Assembly: GCF_009834535.1 (NCBI RefSeq)
Contig: NC_045697.1
Span: 58,654,001-58,718,000, forward strand
Direction: 5' to 3'
Origin: Camelus ferus
Lineage: Eukaryota
DNA length: 64,000 bases
A program made the translations under genes and the position numbers. Within the stretch, counting starts at the first letter, position 1. The number at the start of each line of letters is the position of its first letter. Of the stretch, positions 13,145 to 28,045 are shown one piece after another. The notes under the pieces were generated by a model, which was not told the origin of the DNA, searched no databases, and worked only from the letters and a program-made list of their open reading frames with translations.

Positions 13145-13879
13145 CAACTCAATAACTGGTATTTATTTTAATTCTAAAAATACCCTGTTCTTATTAAGTA
13201 TACTAATTATTTGAACATCTAATACATGGATATGGTACATTTTCAACTGGGACAAAATGATAGCATCTAATCAACCTGATGACTTCCCATAGGCAGTCTC
13301 TCTTTCCAGTATCTTGTATCTCTTTCTGGAGTTATTCTCCCCCCTTATAACACACGTACACACAACTGTAACATATATTTATTTTTTTTGAATTGTTTCC
13401 TTATCGAAACACATTGATATTCTGCATTTTGTCAAGCCTGCTCTAAAGTATAATTCTAGAACATCAGCTGTTTAACCACACCTTTCTAATGCATATAGAT
13501 TCTTGTATCACATGATTAAGAATGTACCATGACCTAAAATATCACCAATGGCACAGATAACACGAAATTCCTTTAATCAGAAAGAGGAGACTATTTTTCA
13601 AGGAAATGTAGTAACTTGGTGATTGCAACTAAATGATAAGCATAAAACACAACTTTATATAATGAGATAGTTTACTAGGCAAAACAAAAATCAAAGAGAT
13701 GAAATAGTTTCCTTAGAAATCATCTAGCCCAACTCCCGTAATTCACAGAGGAGGAAACAGGTCTGGGCAAGACAGAATTCACTCAAGCTCGTGCTCTAGT
13801 TAAGGGCAGAGGGAGACATAGGATAATAGTTATAGGACTCATATCTATGTGTCCTTTTTGTATACTACTATTTCTTTAT

Positions 13880-14210
13880 CTTTTTTTATTATTAAGATGT
13901 TATTTTTTGAGTATTTAAAAATTCACAGCAAATTTAAAAAGATACAGAGATTTCCTATATTATGCTCTATCCCCATACAACTAAAGCCATTATCAGTGCC
14001 CTCAATCAGAGTGGTACATTTGTTACAACTGATGAATCTACACTGACACATCATAATCACCCAAAGTCCATATAATATTAAGGCTCACTCTTGGTGTTAT
14101 ATGGATTTGGATAAATGTATGACACGTGTCCATGATTATGGTATGATACTAGTATTTTCACCACATTACAAATTCTCTGTGCTCTGCTTATTCAACTCTT
14201 CTCCTCCTTT
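13880..14210 (-). mobile_element. Old LINE-1 (L1MC-like) 3'UTR fragment
   Basis: cagagtggtacatttgttacaactgatgaatctacactgacacatcataatcacccaaagtccat is the typical antisense L1MC 3'UTR motif. Confidence 0.8.
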
Positions 14211-17200
14211 ATTTCCCTAATTTTTTATGAGAGAAAATGTAGAAAGTGTAGAAACTTGGCTGGCTAGAAAAATAGGGCTAGCAATGGGGTATTAAAGGAA
14301 AATAAAGTTTTGTATAAAAGGGAGACTTAAAAGTCAATACACTTGTATGAAATTATCTAGGTCACAGATTTACTCTGAAAATGAAATTAATAGTGACAAA
14401 GATTACTAGTGTCTAGTACAGAATCAAGTTTCATTAAACATGAGTTTCTCTACCATTTCTACCCTTTTAATAAATGTTTCTTTTTGGGATATTTCATTGC
14501 TGTGTTGTGCATTTCTGACATCTTATTCATCAACAAACAAAAATGATAAATGTAAGTAATGAAAAACAACTTACTTTTTAAAAGTTTTTTTTTTTTATTA
14601 CCCAATTTTTGGAGGGAGGAAATTAAGACATGAGAATTTTGGATCAACCTGGGATCATTCTTTGTCACGTTTGCTGACACTCACAATCTGATTGGGTACG
14701 GGATATTAAAATGTGGGCAGCTTGGATACTGACTCAAAATTTCTGTTATGTATCAGCTGCATTTCTTGATATTCAGATACTTCATGACATTTTAAGAATA
14801 TAATGAATATTCTGCACAGGATTGTAATAAAAAGTATATATGATCTTCTTGATGATATATCTTTGTTCAAAGTGAGTCATTTTAAAATTGTATATTTTTA
14901 AAATAAATTATCAATTGTTAGTTTTATACCAGTTATTCATCCTGGAACTTGCAAAGACTGGGTAAAATAACTCTTTAACCTAAATAACAGCAAAAGAGAA
15001 AGGAACAGTGAATGAGCTTTCATTAATTCCCTCAATTAGTCATTTATTCATTAGGATGATATTTAATGAATGCCTACTAAGTGACTGATACCAGGTGCTG
15101 GAAATAAATAAGTGAACTACTTATTCTTGGAATTTACAATTAGAGATACAAAATTATGGGATATAGTTAAAAAACCCATTTGCTAAAGTTAAAGGGATCC
15201 CAATAAATATGTATGTGACTCAGAGTAGGTTTTCAATAAATAATTATTTTTTGTCTATAAGAAAGACAAAAATAACTTTAATTACTAAAGAGTAAAATCT
15301 CCTTGAGTGACTCAGGAAAGTCCAGCAGAGAAACCAGCACAAGGTGGGTACTATGACTCTGTAAGACTGAAGTTATTTGTCATGTCTGCTCTCCTAATTA
15401 TCTTGTGATATTTGGAAATATGATTTACCATATTATAAAGTGCTCTTGAAGAGAGAAAAAAAAGATGAGGAGTTCCCATGGGTTTCTTATTTATGGCAAA
15501 AATGCATAAAGGGCATAGTTTATTAATTTATTGAATCCACAAAAATACTTACAATTAAATTCACCTATCAAAACAATATCAAAAGAACGTATCAACTATT
15601 TAACCTTTTCAACATGCAGCCTATATATCAAATTCCAAGAAAACAAAAAGGGTGAAATAGGCTTTATACTCATTTTCTGTTATAAAAGTTTATAAAATAC
15701 TCAAAAATTTGTGTTCTCCAGAAATTGTGTGCTATGTCGAAAAATGTGAATAGCAAGTATGTGCATATATTTATATTTACAGTTACACGCACGTTCGTGC
15801 AAAGACATACATTTTGGCTACCCTCAATGTTTTCTAGGATTTCTTAAACTTGTTTTAACATTTGCTACAACTTTATAAATGATAAAACTGAACCGCCCTT
15901 TCACTTCTCTAACCTGCCTTTATTGGAAGAGTAAGCCAAATGAATACATTTGGTGACGACTTTACACAGGACAACTCAGATACTCAACTCCGTGAGAGAT
16001 GGAAGCCCAAGAACTCCTGATTCTGTGTCTTCTCTTCCAACCTAGGACCCACTCAAATGTCTTAGTCACTGTGAGAATTCAAGGCATTTCTGGTGAAAAT
16101 TCACATCATTGACACAAGACAAATTAAGACAAATGTTAAAATTGCTACACTTCAAATCATAAACAAGGTAAATAGTAAAACTGGGAAAATTTCTTTCACA
16201 AATGGAAATAAATTCATAGTGCAACTAATTTTCATTAATTGAGAAATGTTATACATTTTATAACTATGTTAACTCTCTCAGCGTATCCATTTCAACTGGC
16301 AATTCCCCCAATACAGACTTTAACCCAGTGCATTTATGTAAAGTAGTTATTTTAAGAAATACTCTTCTAAAGTACTTTTATTAGTTTTATTTTCCCCAAT
16401 ATAATTATTAAGGAGGTGGCAATTACATTATTATGATAAACTGTAAAAAACTTAGATAAATTGGCACCATATTTCTATTATTTATCTGTATATAATGGAA
16501 CTGAAAATAGTTGATGCCACAAAGGAAAAGACTGAAATTATGTGTTTAGGATAAAAGGTTATGGTGCCTGAAAAGTGGTATTAGAATTACTTCAAAGGAG
16601 AATTCGCAGGTGAAAATGTGCTTCTAGAACCACAGAAGCCAAGCAGCAAAGGGGAAAAGTATAGACCAGGGTCTTCACAACAAAGAGGTTTGTTCCCTAG
16701 AGCACAGAGCCAGGAAGCTGGCCTGCTGTGTTTATGTTTTTAAAGTTTTGCTTCAAAGACTTTCCTAGCATGCTAAGAAAAACATAGTATGTTAAATTTT
16801 CTTGTCCTCCCTGCCCATAGATCAGAAAACATCCACTGCAACACTAACTCAAAAAGAGGAATGGTAAAGCATGTTAATGGTACCTGAAACAAGGTTCACA
16901 GGTAGATGGCAAAAAAATGCTAACCCCTTGCTTTGAGCCCCCACCCTCAAGGAAGGGTCCAGGATACGGAAATGGTCCTGGATTTTACTGAATAAATGTG
17001 ATCAATGGAGAAGTGTGACAACAGATCTCAAAGTTAAAGCTACTCATCATGTGTTACTCTCAAATGAAGCCCATTAGGCATTTTTCCTTTCAGTAAATCT
17101 TAGAGAAGGTATATCTATAGAAGGATCAGAAGGAGATCTTTGGGTAATACAGTCATAGCAAACTAAATGTGCCTCAACTTACTTCAGAGACGAGTAGAAA

Positions 17201-18559
17201 AATTCAAATATATTCATTATAGGTCCAGCGTTCAAGGAAGTTCTTTATGTTTATAATGATATAGTTAGGCAAGATAATGAAGACTCAGAGGAGATTTTTT
17301 ACGATATATACACGGTTCATTTATGAAATTAACTTTTTTTTTCAAAGAAAAGGGACAGGGAGATGTGTATCTTCCCCACAATCAGGGCAGATCCCTTCTT
17401 TCTTTTCATCAGTCCATGTGATCTGTGAGAGGATCTCTCATTAAGACAGCCCAGCAGGACCTGCCAGCATGTTCACTTAGTTGACAGAGATCAATATATA
17501 CCCCAAAAGACCTGAACTGGGAAAATTACATGCAAAGGAATTATATGCATAGACTTACAAAAGTGGGATCAGAGTGACCCAAGCACAATAGAACAAGATT
17601 GGCACAAAGAGAAATAAAAGGATATTGATATTCTCTCAGGATGACGACAGTGAATTTTACCACCTAATTCTTTTCAATAAACTCTAAAATATATCATAGC
17701 ATAGAATGAAACTGCCTGTAGTGAAATTTTGACAACTCCCCTCTGTGTGCTAAAATGCTGTCAGCTGAAAAATTTGAACTCTTTGTGCAAATTGTTCATT
17801 TCTGACAGATTTACCCTAGTTTTATGTTTGTAGTCTTAATCAAAGAAATTTAGAAAAGTTAGAATTTAGCTTTACTCTCAAAGAATAGCAAGCACCATTA
17901 GTATAATTTGGAGGTACTAGGCATTTATATTATAGTTATCTATAAAGAGTAGAAATTATCATAGAAGTGAAAATATTTATAAAATAACATAAGTATAGAG
18001 TTTGATTTTAATATATGATATATTACATTTTAATAGAAATACCTTTTTCACAGTTATGCCATATTATTTCATGGTTTTACACTTTCTCTTTAAGAGACAG
18101 ATATAATATATTCACATTTGTAAAATGGTCATCCTATTTCATTATTACAACTTAATATATGATTAAATGAATCTCTTAGCTTCTATTATGTCTCAATTTT
18201 GGTGAAAAATTTGCATAATATAGTCTTATTTTTTCCCTCTAGACTTTAAGGAAACATCTGATAAGCATGCCTCAAGTGAGATTATAGTTTTGATTCTTAT
18301 TCGTAAAGGATTTTAAGATTTATATTTGGGGAAACAAACAGAAGCAATAAACACGACTCGAAATACATGCTTATTAAAAAAAAGCTCTACTAGTATAAAT
18401 TAAAATGGTTGTTTTGTTGTGAGAATTATATGTCTATTTTCTTTGTTTCCTTTGTTTCAGGATATATATGGCTTTCAAAATTAATTCTGCTCTAAATACA
18501 TTCAATAGGGCTGACCCTCTCTGATACCTCTAAAATCTGAGAGGTGAGTTTATCACCCA

Positions 18560-18915
18560 GGTTGGGTCACTCAAAGGGTCCTGTCAGAAGACCGTATCAG
18601 ATTTTCCCCTGGAACTTGCTAGTGCTAACAGGGAGAAGGACTGCTCCAATGGGAACCTAAGCTTCATGAAAAACATAAGCCTGAAGTTGCCAGTGATCAT
18701 CTTGTTGCCATGTGCAAGAACTGTATCTGAAAAAGATGCCAAGCAGAAGCAGAGTTCAGGGACCGTTTGAGATAGAGCCTTGATGGAACACAACACCTCC
18801 TTGTAGGTTGTAAGCGAGCCTCACTCTGGAAATTCAATTATCTGAGACATCTAATTCCTTCTCTTAGTTTTAGCCAATTTGAGTTGGGTTTTTCTCACTT
18901 TAAAACAAAAGCAGC
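18560..18915 (+). mobile_element. MaLR LTR fragment (MLT1J/K-like)
   Basis: catcttgttgccatgtg...agccaatttgagttgggtttttctcactttaaaacaaaag resembles the 3' half of old MLT1 LTRs. Confidence 0.55.
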
Positions 18916-19099
18916 TTGTGTGTCCAGACACGTGCTTGTGTATCTGAGAAGCAGAAGTATTTTCTTCCTTTAATAAGTGTACACTATAAAAGGAGGCTGA
19001 TCATTTTAGCTTATTTCCCTTGACCACTAAAAAATTTACTAAAATAGTTTCACTTCAATTAATTCAGCTGCATGTCACTCAACTAACACCACTTTTTTT

Positions 19100-20260
19100 T
19101 CAACTTTACTTTCTGTGCTACAGTCTTCAGTATAACATTGAATGGAATTGTAAAAACAGGCACACCTGTCTTATTCCTAATATTGAAGGGGAAACATTGT
19201 TTCACTATTAAATTTGATATCTGCTTTAAGCTTTTTTAACTTGCTCTTTATCATGTTAACAAACTCCCTTTTATTTCTAGTATGCTAAGAGTTATTTTCA
19301 TGAATGGATGTTGAGTTCTATCAAACTATTTTCCAGCATCTACTGACAATATTTTTTTCTTAGATCTGTTAATGTAGAGAATAAGATTGATTTTTCTAAT
19401 GCTTTTTAAAAACCTTGCATTTCTAAGATAAACACAACTTGGGTATGTTGTATTCCTTTTAGACATTGCTGGGTTGGCTTTGCTAATATTTTGTTTAAGA
19501 CTGTTGTACACATGCCTCTGAATGAGATTCACCTGCAATTTCCTGTCTTGTTTTGTCCACATTAGGTTTTACATCAGCCTTATAAGGTGAGTTGAGAAAT
19601 AGTCCCTCTATTAGTCTACTCTGGAATAGTTTCTATGAAATGAAATGATTTGTTCCTTGGATGTTTGGTTGGATTTCATGGTAAAGCCATCCAAGGCCTA
19701 GCGTTTTCTCTGTGGGAAGATCTTTAACTACTTGCCAGTTTTGTTAATGGTTAGATGAATTTTCATGTGTTCTGTTTCTTTTTGAATCAGTTTTAGTAAG
19801 CAATATTTTTCTAGGAATTTGTCCACTTCATATAAATTTTCAAATTAACTGGCATGCAAGGTTTCATACTATCTGTTTATTACCTCCTTAATCCTGGTAG
19901 ATTTATCCCCCTTTTCACTCCTCATATTGTTTAGTGGGGACAGCTCGTTTTTTCTTGATCAATCTTGCCAAAGATCTGTCAATTTTATTACTCTTCCCAA
20001 ACAACCAAATTTTGGTTTTTGTTCATCTTTTTAATTTAATGCTTACTTTTTATTACATTAATTTTAGCCTGAGTCTTCATATTTCCTTCTTTCCAGCTTC
20101 TTAGGGTTTATTTTGCTGTTCTTTTCCTATCATCTTCAGATGAATGTATCACTTACTGAGTTTTAACCTGTTTTTGTTTTGACATAATCATTTAAACCTA
20201 AAATGAACTAATTGCTGCTCTATCTGCATCGCACAAGTTTTGATAGTAGTATTTCACTAA
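19100..20260 (-). mobile_element. Decayed LINE-1 ORF2 (reverse-transcriptase region) fragment
   Basis: Minus ORF 19326-19562 ends SIRKINLILYINRSKKKILSVDAGK, homologous to L1 ORF2 NIRKSINVIHHINR...IISIDAEK. Antisense motifs such as ctttgctaatattttgtttaag and ttcttgatcaatcttgcc. Many frameshifts. Confidence 0.85.
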
Positions 20261-23200
20261 CACACCTTAATATATAACTTTTTGAGTGGGAATATTAAAA
20301 GGGCTAATATATGATTCTTTTTAAAATTACTCATCATCAGTGCTCCTAAAGGGCTTATTAATTAGCAATAATGGGGAGACAATAAATTTTAGACAGCAAT
20401 AGCTACAAAAAAGGGAGAAATTTGTTAAATCTGTTCATATGTTTTGAGGGAAAAGCATGAAATCATTAAACTATTAAGGAGGATACTCATTTCTGGAAAT
20501 TAACTATGTCAATATTCAACATGTTTAAAGTGCTGTTATATCTTACTGATGCATTTTAGGGACATTAGGCATTAATTAATTAATGCCCTTAACAAATCCT
20601 ACTATGAGCTGTCTGTACTATATAGGAATGCTAGACTTGTTTCTGTCTCTCCCTTCAGTACAGAAGGAGCAATTGATGTCTTATATCATGATACCATGAG
20701 GCATCATAATAATTTTACTTTCCTCTTTTTTGTATTTCACTGCTACAGTGACTTAGAATGTGGCATAAAAGGTTCTGCTTGTAACAAGCTATGGTTTCAA
20801 TGAAAGGATAATGCTTTTTTCACTTTATTCAACTACTCAACTTAGTTTCATGAAATGAATGTAAGATTCTATTTAAAGAAAGCTAGAGAATGAATATAAT
20901 TCAAACCATTTCTTAATTTAATTCAAAATTTGTTCCATTTTATGATGTACATAAACCACTGTTTCTTATCATTAGTATTTTACATCAGATGCTGGTGCTG
21001 TACTTAAATTGCCTTGATGTTCTAAATGCCTGATGCTCAAAGAAATGTTATCTAAAAAAAAAATCACATAAACCTTTCAAAAGCCATTATCCATAGCCTC
21101 CACTTTAGTGATGGCTTTACCAAGTACCCATCACTAACCTCATTTCTAAAAATAAGCATATTCTCAAGTAGATTATCTATGCAGAAGAGCATGAGGTCTT
21201 ACCTACAGTTGTGAAGCCAGCAAAGCAATGTTGAATCTTGATGGCTGAATCATCCACAACTGAACATCAGGGGTGACACTGTGCTAACTCCATGGAAGAT
21301 TTGAGGCTAGTGGACCTTCTTAAATATCTATTTAACTTGATCAAATTGAACAGTTAACTGTGTAGGACAGCAGATTTATCTCTGTAAGCCAGGTGCTGAA
21401 GGAGAAGATCAGTACCGGAACATGGGCTGAGGAAGTAAAAGTTGGCCACAAAAAAAGCAGTTGGACTCATATACCATAAAGTGTACTCTTAAAGGAAAAA
21501 ATTAAGTTGTTACTCCAAAACAGTGTCATCACATTATCTGGACATGATACACATGGAGGGGGCACTTCTGTGTGTGTGTGTGTGTCTCTTGTTCTATGTT
21601 ATTTATTTGCTAAGTTAGAAAATCCTCCTGAGGATTCCGCTTGATGACCTACAACTGGCTCTATTATTGAGAAGGCTCTAGAGGAGTTCAGTCCAAACCC
21701 AGCTGCTCACTGATAACCATTAAAATAAAATACATTATTAGAAAGTGACCGGAAATGTCCGAACAAGTACCTTCAGTTATATTTTAGGGTAATTCCAGGG
21801 GGATGTCTTGATTTTGGTGGGTTACCTATTAAAACAACATAAAAGATTTCTAGTTCTATTTTGAAACTTTGCTCCCAGTATTCTACCTCTGAGCCAGTTT
21901 ATTTTCAACATATCGATGGCCAGTTATTAACTTTTTCTGACCATACCTGCATTTATCTCCGTTGAGGTTGGAAACTTTATGGATAGTATCCTTATCTAAA
22001 TGACAATATATTAGCTATTTAAAATACTTTAACAATGACATGGCTTCTAATATGCAGGTTGAACAAGAAAGAGAAAACTAATACACCCATTAAGAATTTA
22101 AAATTCATATACATGATAGTCAAATTTAATCTAAAAAGGAGTATGTGTTTTGGGGTTTTCCCCCAACAGCATGAATATCTGATTAAACATTTAGACTTTT
22201 TCTTGGTTTATCCTGAATATTTAACTCTGTGCTACATTCTCTGTTAAGTATTTTATAATCTCATTTTTATCTTTACAACAATCAATGAGGCAGTTGTTCT
22301 AGTTATGCCTGTTTAACAAATGAGGAAGCTAGGTCTCAGTTTAAATTGTTTTTTTTTTTCACCATATACTCTGCCTCAAATATGTAGTAATTTCAGAGAA
22401 AATATGACCCCCAAATTAATACTAAGGGCTTTAATTTAGAAATACCTTTTGTAGGGTATTTAACATTCATATTGGTCTAAAATTAAACTGATGTTTTGAA
22501 ATGTTCATCATTATGCACTATAAACTCTGAATATCCTTCTTAGATACCAGAGTCCTAACCAATACTCTGATTTTCTTATGTTATAAATTTAACTTCCCTG
22601 TGGATGAAAAGCTTTCAAAAAACTGAAAGAAAGAAAATATCACCAAATTTCATTTGAATTGGTCATGTTAAGGGAAAAAAAAGGCAAGAACTTTTGAGAA
22701 ATCTCTTTAATTCTTTGAAGGAGTGAAGGGGTGCTGTGTTTGAGAAGAAAAGGTAAAGCGAGCTACAGAGAAGAAAAAAGAAAAGCGAAGGTTGTAAGTG
22801 CTGACCTTTAAAGACTCTAAAGAAAAAGGGAAAACAACCCCACCACAAAATCAAAGTGTTTGATTACAAAACCCAAAATACAGTGTAAACTGGTTTCTTT
22901 TTCCCTTTGTTGCTTTTGAAATGTTTCCACTTTGTTAGAATGAAATTCATTAATGTTCAAAGTATTCTAAGTAAAATTTTAAGTCATGTCTGGTAAATAA
23001 CAATAAACTAAAACAACAAACACAAAAAAGGAGATACATTTAGATTCAATTTGGAAAAACAGAGGTAAAAAAAAATCAGTGAAGCTTTTTTCTGTCACAA
23101 TAGATTTAATCAAGTGTTGTTATTAGGACAGGCACCTCTTTCATTAATTCATCAATAAATATTTATTTTATTAAATCCACGAAATGTGTTAAGCCAGTGA

Positions 23201-24030
23201 TTCTCTAGCCATGTTTCCCTCAGAATCACCATCAGAGAATTTCCAAATTTCATAAGAGCTCTGACTTGTTTCTGATTTGATCCGTTTATCTTAAATTCAG
23301 GGAGACAGCCTTTCTATCTCCGCCAAGGATTTTTTTTGGTAATGAGACAGACACTGATGAGAGGAGAAAGTCCCTCAGCTATGCTAGAATGGAAAAAATT
23401 GAGTCTCCCTGTGAAGAAAGTAAGACGAGGCTTTGAAATGATCACAGCATTAAGAACCTGCCCTAAATGATCCCATTTCAAAGACAGAGACATGTAACCA
23501 AACTGTAAGTTTACAGTGTGTCAAGTGACAGTAACAGACGTACAACGGCAATAAAAACAGGAAACAAGCACCTCTGTTTTGGGAGAAACATCACAGAGGA
23601 GATAATGCTTTAGGTGGCTCTTAAGGGGGCCCTGTTGACACTTATTTTCAGACGTCCTGTCTAGTTAGCTCCCTTTTCTTCTCAAGTGTCCCAGTTGGTT
23701 GATAAATTCTATGATCATCCCAGTCTTATATGGAGGAGTTTGCTTCCTGAGTAGAGAGAGACAGCATCAAGGTAGCAACATGTGCAGAGGTTAATTTGCA
23801 TGAAATAGCACAGGGACACAGGTCCATTGTGTTGGGCGCCAACTGTAAGGAGGAAGAAGTGGGATATGAGCTAAGGGATGGAGCAGGATCAGATTCTGGA
23901 TATGCTTTCCAACATGGTTGCAGAATAATCTTTTGAGGGAATGAAATAAAGTGATCCTTTCTCAAAAAGTAGTAGTTCTTCTGAGTTTCCATCTGAACTT
24001 AGCATACTTCTAAAAAACAATGGAAGCCCC

Positions 24031-24162
24031 CATGAATAGCTGAAAAATGTTCCTTTGCAGAGGTTAGCTGATAAGCTGGAAAAACTGACTCATATTTATC
24101 ATGAGTAGCTGAAAAGTATTCATTTGCAGATGGTAGTTGATAAGCTGGAAAAGTGACTCATT
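24031..24162. repeat. Two-copy diverged tandem duplication, unit about 69 bp
   Basis: catgaatagctgaaaaatgttcctttgcagaggttagctgataagctggaaaaactgactcat (from 24031) versus catgagtagctgaaaagtattcatttgcagatggtagttgataagctggaaaagtgactcat (from 24100). Confidence 0.92.
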
Positions 24163-25569
24163 TTCTTTATATTTCTATATTACTTTCAAAATTTGCATAA
24201 TATATGTACTCTCTAGCCATAGTTAACCATGGATAAGTTCACAGGATTTCCTCAAGGTCACATATAAACTGAAAGGAATTAAACTCAAGAATTTTGATCA
24301 GTAGTTGCTCTCTAATTATTCTTGATCTGCTCTTTTTTTTTAAACTAAGTTGAGCTCAAACTGATTTTTTTTCATTTTTCTAGAAAATAGCTATTATTGT
24401 TTCTATTTGAGATACAGAAAAATCCAATGAATAGCTCTTCAATTTCTCCTCAGTGTCCTGACATAAAGCCATTCATGTAAAATGCATTTATTGCATAGGA
24501 ATTTTTTGAGCTGCTTAGGCATGAAAAGAGGTTAAGAGATAAGTTATTCATGTGGAAGTAATTGTGAATGCAACAGCAATGAGTGACTTTCTTTAGAATA
24601 ATTTGCAGTTAAGATCTATGCTCAAAATGGTCATTAGTTCACAAGCAAACATGACAGAAAACTGAAGGAGCCATCATCTAATGGTTTTCTTCATTTAGGC
24701 TCTATGACTTACAAATGAGCAAGTGCCTCTTAAACTCTGCTACCCTATTCTTCAAGTCAGTCAATCATCGCCAAGTGCATTTGAGTTCCTCTTCACTAAG
24801 AATATCTCCACAGGCAAGTGAACAATCACTTGTCTTTCCTTTCCAGGAACCTCAGTAACAGGAAGCTTTTATTTGTTTCAAATTGGAAGAAATAGACAAC
24901 TAGAGATGAATCATGGCTATTCACATTTGCATTATCTCTTAAACTGCATTCATAGGAAAACATCACACTTACTAGTTAAGAAGAGATAGGTGTTCTCTTT
25001 TTTAGATTAATTGGTTTAAAAACCAACCAATTTGGTCTTTTCAGAAAGTATCACAGGCAAAAATTTCCTTCCTGTTTTGAATATGTTAGTAAAGGACATC
25101 ACAAAGGTATGAACTCCTACAGTGGAAAAATACTAAAGACAGCATGGCATAATAATCCATCCACTGTGTCCTTACCTTGTGAAGACAAATTTACCCCTGG
25201 TTAATAATGTTCAGGTGATAATGAGCACTCCCGCCCCTTCCCTGTCCTTTAAGCAAACTTACAAGTCGAAAAGTGGCTAAATTACAATATGTCTGAGTTT
25301 TGTCAACTAAAGTAGGTCACATGTTTAAGACTCTTTTAACTACAAAAATAAATGTGCCCTACCTGGTTCTCTCAAGGCAATATAACCTTATCAACTATGG
25401 CTGTATTTTGCAAAGTAGGTTATGACATCATGGAGATAGCATCTAACACCCTTTCTTGTAAAGCAGTTTCCCATGACTCAATATGCTGATCATTAACAGG
25501 CAATTATTCCACCTTTTCCAGCTCTTTAATGTACCTAAAATCCTTTTTTAAAATTTAGGCTTAAATTAA

Positions 25570-25647
25570 CATCATCATCATCATCATCATCATTATGATT
25601 ATGATTATGATGATGATTATTATTATTATTATTATTATATTATTATT
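25570..25647. repeat. Compound trinucleotide microsatellite (CAT)8-(TAT/GAT)n-(TAT)n
   Basis: Directly visible. Confidence 0.95.
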
Positions 25648-27904
25648 TAAAATGCATTCTCATTCATAGTATAAATATAGGTGAAATTATGACAGTACAT
25701 TTACAGTGCAGACTCTGTTGAAGTCATATTTCTCATGACAGGTTTCATAGAGTTTATCATAAAAGCAACAGGGAGTCAAGAAAATAAATTACAGGATTCA
25801 AATTATTGTTTTGAGTTTTAGAAATATCTGGTAGCTGTGTCGAAGACAGACTGAGAGTGGAGAGGATTATATTGAGACTGGAGGCTGGGAGTAAAATCAG
25901 TTGCTACAAGAGGACCGGTAAGTGATACTGGGAGCCTGAACCAATAGTTCTGCTTTTCAGCCTCCGAACATGTAAAGGAAAGACACATTTCCATCAGAAA
26001 CAGTGACTCACCCTGAAGTTATTCTCAACAGGAGAAACTCTTGAGGATGAGGTGGTTTTGGAATCTTGATGTGTGTTTAGGTGATTATAATACATGATTT
26101 GCACCCCACCCCACCACCTGAATAGAAAATCAATGGACTGAACTAAAACAATGAAAGTGGGGCAAAAGGGGGGATTCCAAGGTTATATGATTTTAAAAAA
26201 TATAAATGAAACTAGAATCCCAGAATCTGAAGAGAATGAATGCAAGTGAGGTATTTTACTGTCAGCACTGTTCTAGCTTCTGTTCTTGCTTATTTTAAAT
26301 AACAGGAGAAATTCAGTTAGTGTAATCCAAGTAATTTATGATCTACATAAATAAATGTTCAGCCAAATATTGTCATAGAAGCTGTCAAAGTTTAATTTAG
26401 AACTATAAATGTTTGTAATGAACATATGTTTTAAGTTATAGGCACTTAATTTCCCAAAATGTCGTAGTAAAAATAACCTATTTATTTTAAAACCAAGAGT
26501 TTAAATATGAAATATATGGAAGACAGGCCCAAACGCACAGGCATAATTACAACCTGTTGTAACCAAAAAGTTAAAAGTTGAATTGAGTTAGCTTTGCTGT
26601 AGAAAAGTGTGATGTAAAAATTACAGAAAGAACCTCTCCAAAATGATTAAAATGTATTTTAAATGTTTTAGTGCTTAAACACTCTATTTATATGGAAAAT
26701 TCAGCTATTCAGAATGACTCATTTTCTGAGGGATTCAAATAGGAAAACTTTCATTCTACTTTTAATAAGTGCTGAGAAAAGGGCATGGTTCATTTATGCA
26801 TTTGCACTTTGTACATTACAGTTTTGATTATGCAACCCTTTTTCACTGCCTTTTTGGAACCTTTACCATTGGAGTTACATAATGTATGTCTTATGTATGA
26901 AAGTATTTTTGCAAAAGTGAAAATAATTTAAAATTAATTACACTTTCCAGTAATGAAGATTTATTTTATTCCTTAGAGGATTCTCTGAAAGTGGACTATC
27001 GGTCATTTTTATGATGAAGTACCAATTACATACTTAAAGTTCAAACTTGTCAATTAAAAGGAAGCTTAGTATACTATTAATTAGCAATATTATCACAAGT
27101 ATAATTAGAAAACCTAAACAAACATTAATACATTTTAAATTCTGAAGAAAAAAATTAAGCTTAATGAGTAAAATTCTTAAAATACTTTCCCACATATCTG
27201 ATATATCTTAGGAACAGCGGTGGCAGATACTGAGATCTTCCCTTAGCAAGTCACAAAATAATTACTTTACCCAGCATATTTTGTAATTAATTGGTAAACA
27301 CTTACATTGTGTTTAAGTGTGAAATGTTAAGCCCTCATAGGACATTTCTTCTGAGAGTTTCTTCTTTTGTTAATAAAGATTAACTTATATCCATAATTTT
27401 TACTTGTATAATTAAGTGAAAAGTATTCTAAGAAAACATAAGTTCAGTATATAAACATATACGTTTCATTCCAATAATAGGTTTGATCTAAAACATGAGG
27501 TATATTCTAGCAAAAATATTCTGAAAAAGTTTAAAAAACAATCTAGATAAATAATAGCACAGTTTTAATGCATGAGTTTATTACAATAAATACATATATA
27601 TTTCTAATATCCTGATTCTAAATGCTAACATTTATTAAAATGTTTCCTATTCTCTACTTAAATGTGAAGAATGACTGCATTTAGGATCCCATAATTGGAC
27701 TGAATTTAAGTTTTAAAATATGGATTGTACCTGTATATACAGGGTTTAAGAGATAAATATAAAATATTTCACATAAAGAAGTCATATTGGAAAGCTTTAG
27801 TTGGTTTTCTTGAACTCATCATGAATCAAGAGAACAATATGGGTGCTTAAACTTTGATATACTCTCAGTCCATATTAAAATATTTTGTATTCTGAACAAA
27901 GTCA

Positions 27905-28045
27905 GATGTAGATTGAAATTCCTGCTCTTAAGCTTACTAGTTACGTGATCATGGAGATACAGTTTAACATTTGTAACTCCCAGTTTCTTTACCTGTAAAA
28001 TAGGAGAAATAAAACCTCACAATTCATTGGAAAGGTTCAATAAAT
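27905..28045 (+). mobile_element. MIR SINE fragment
   Basis: cttactagttacgtgatcatgg...cccagtttctttacctgtaaaataggag matches the MIR core. Confidence 0.7.
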
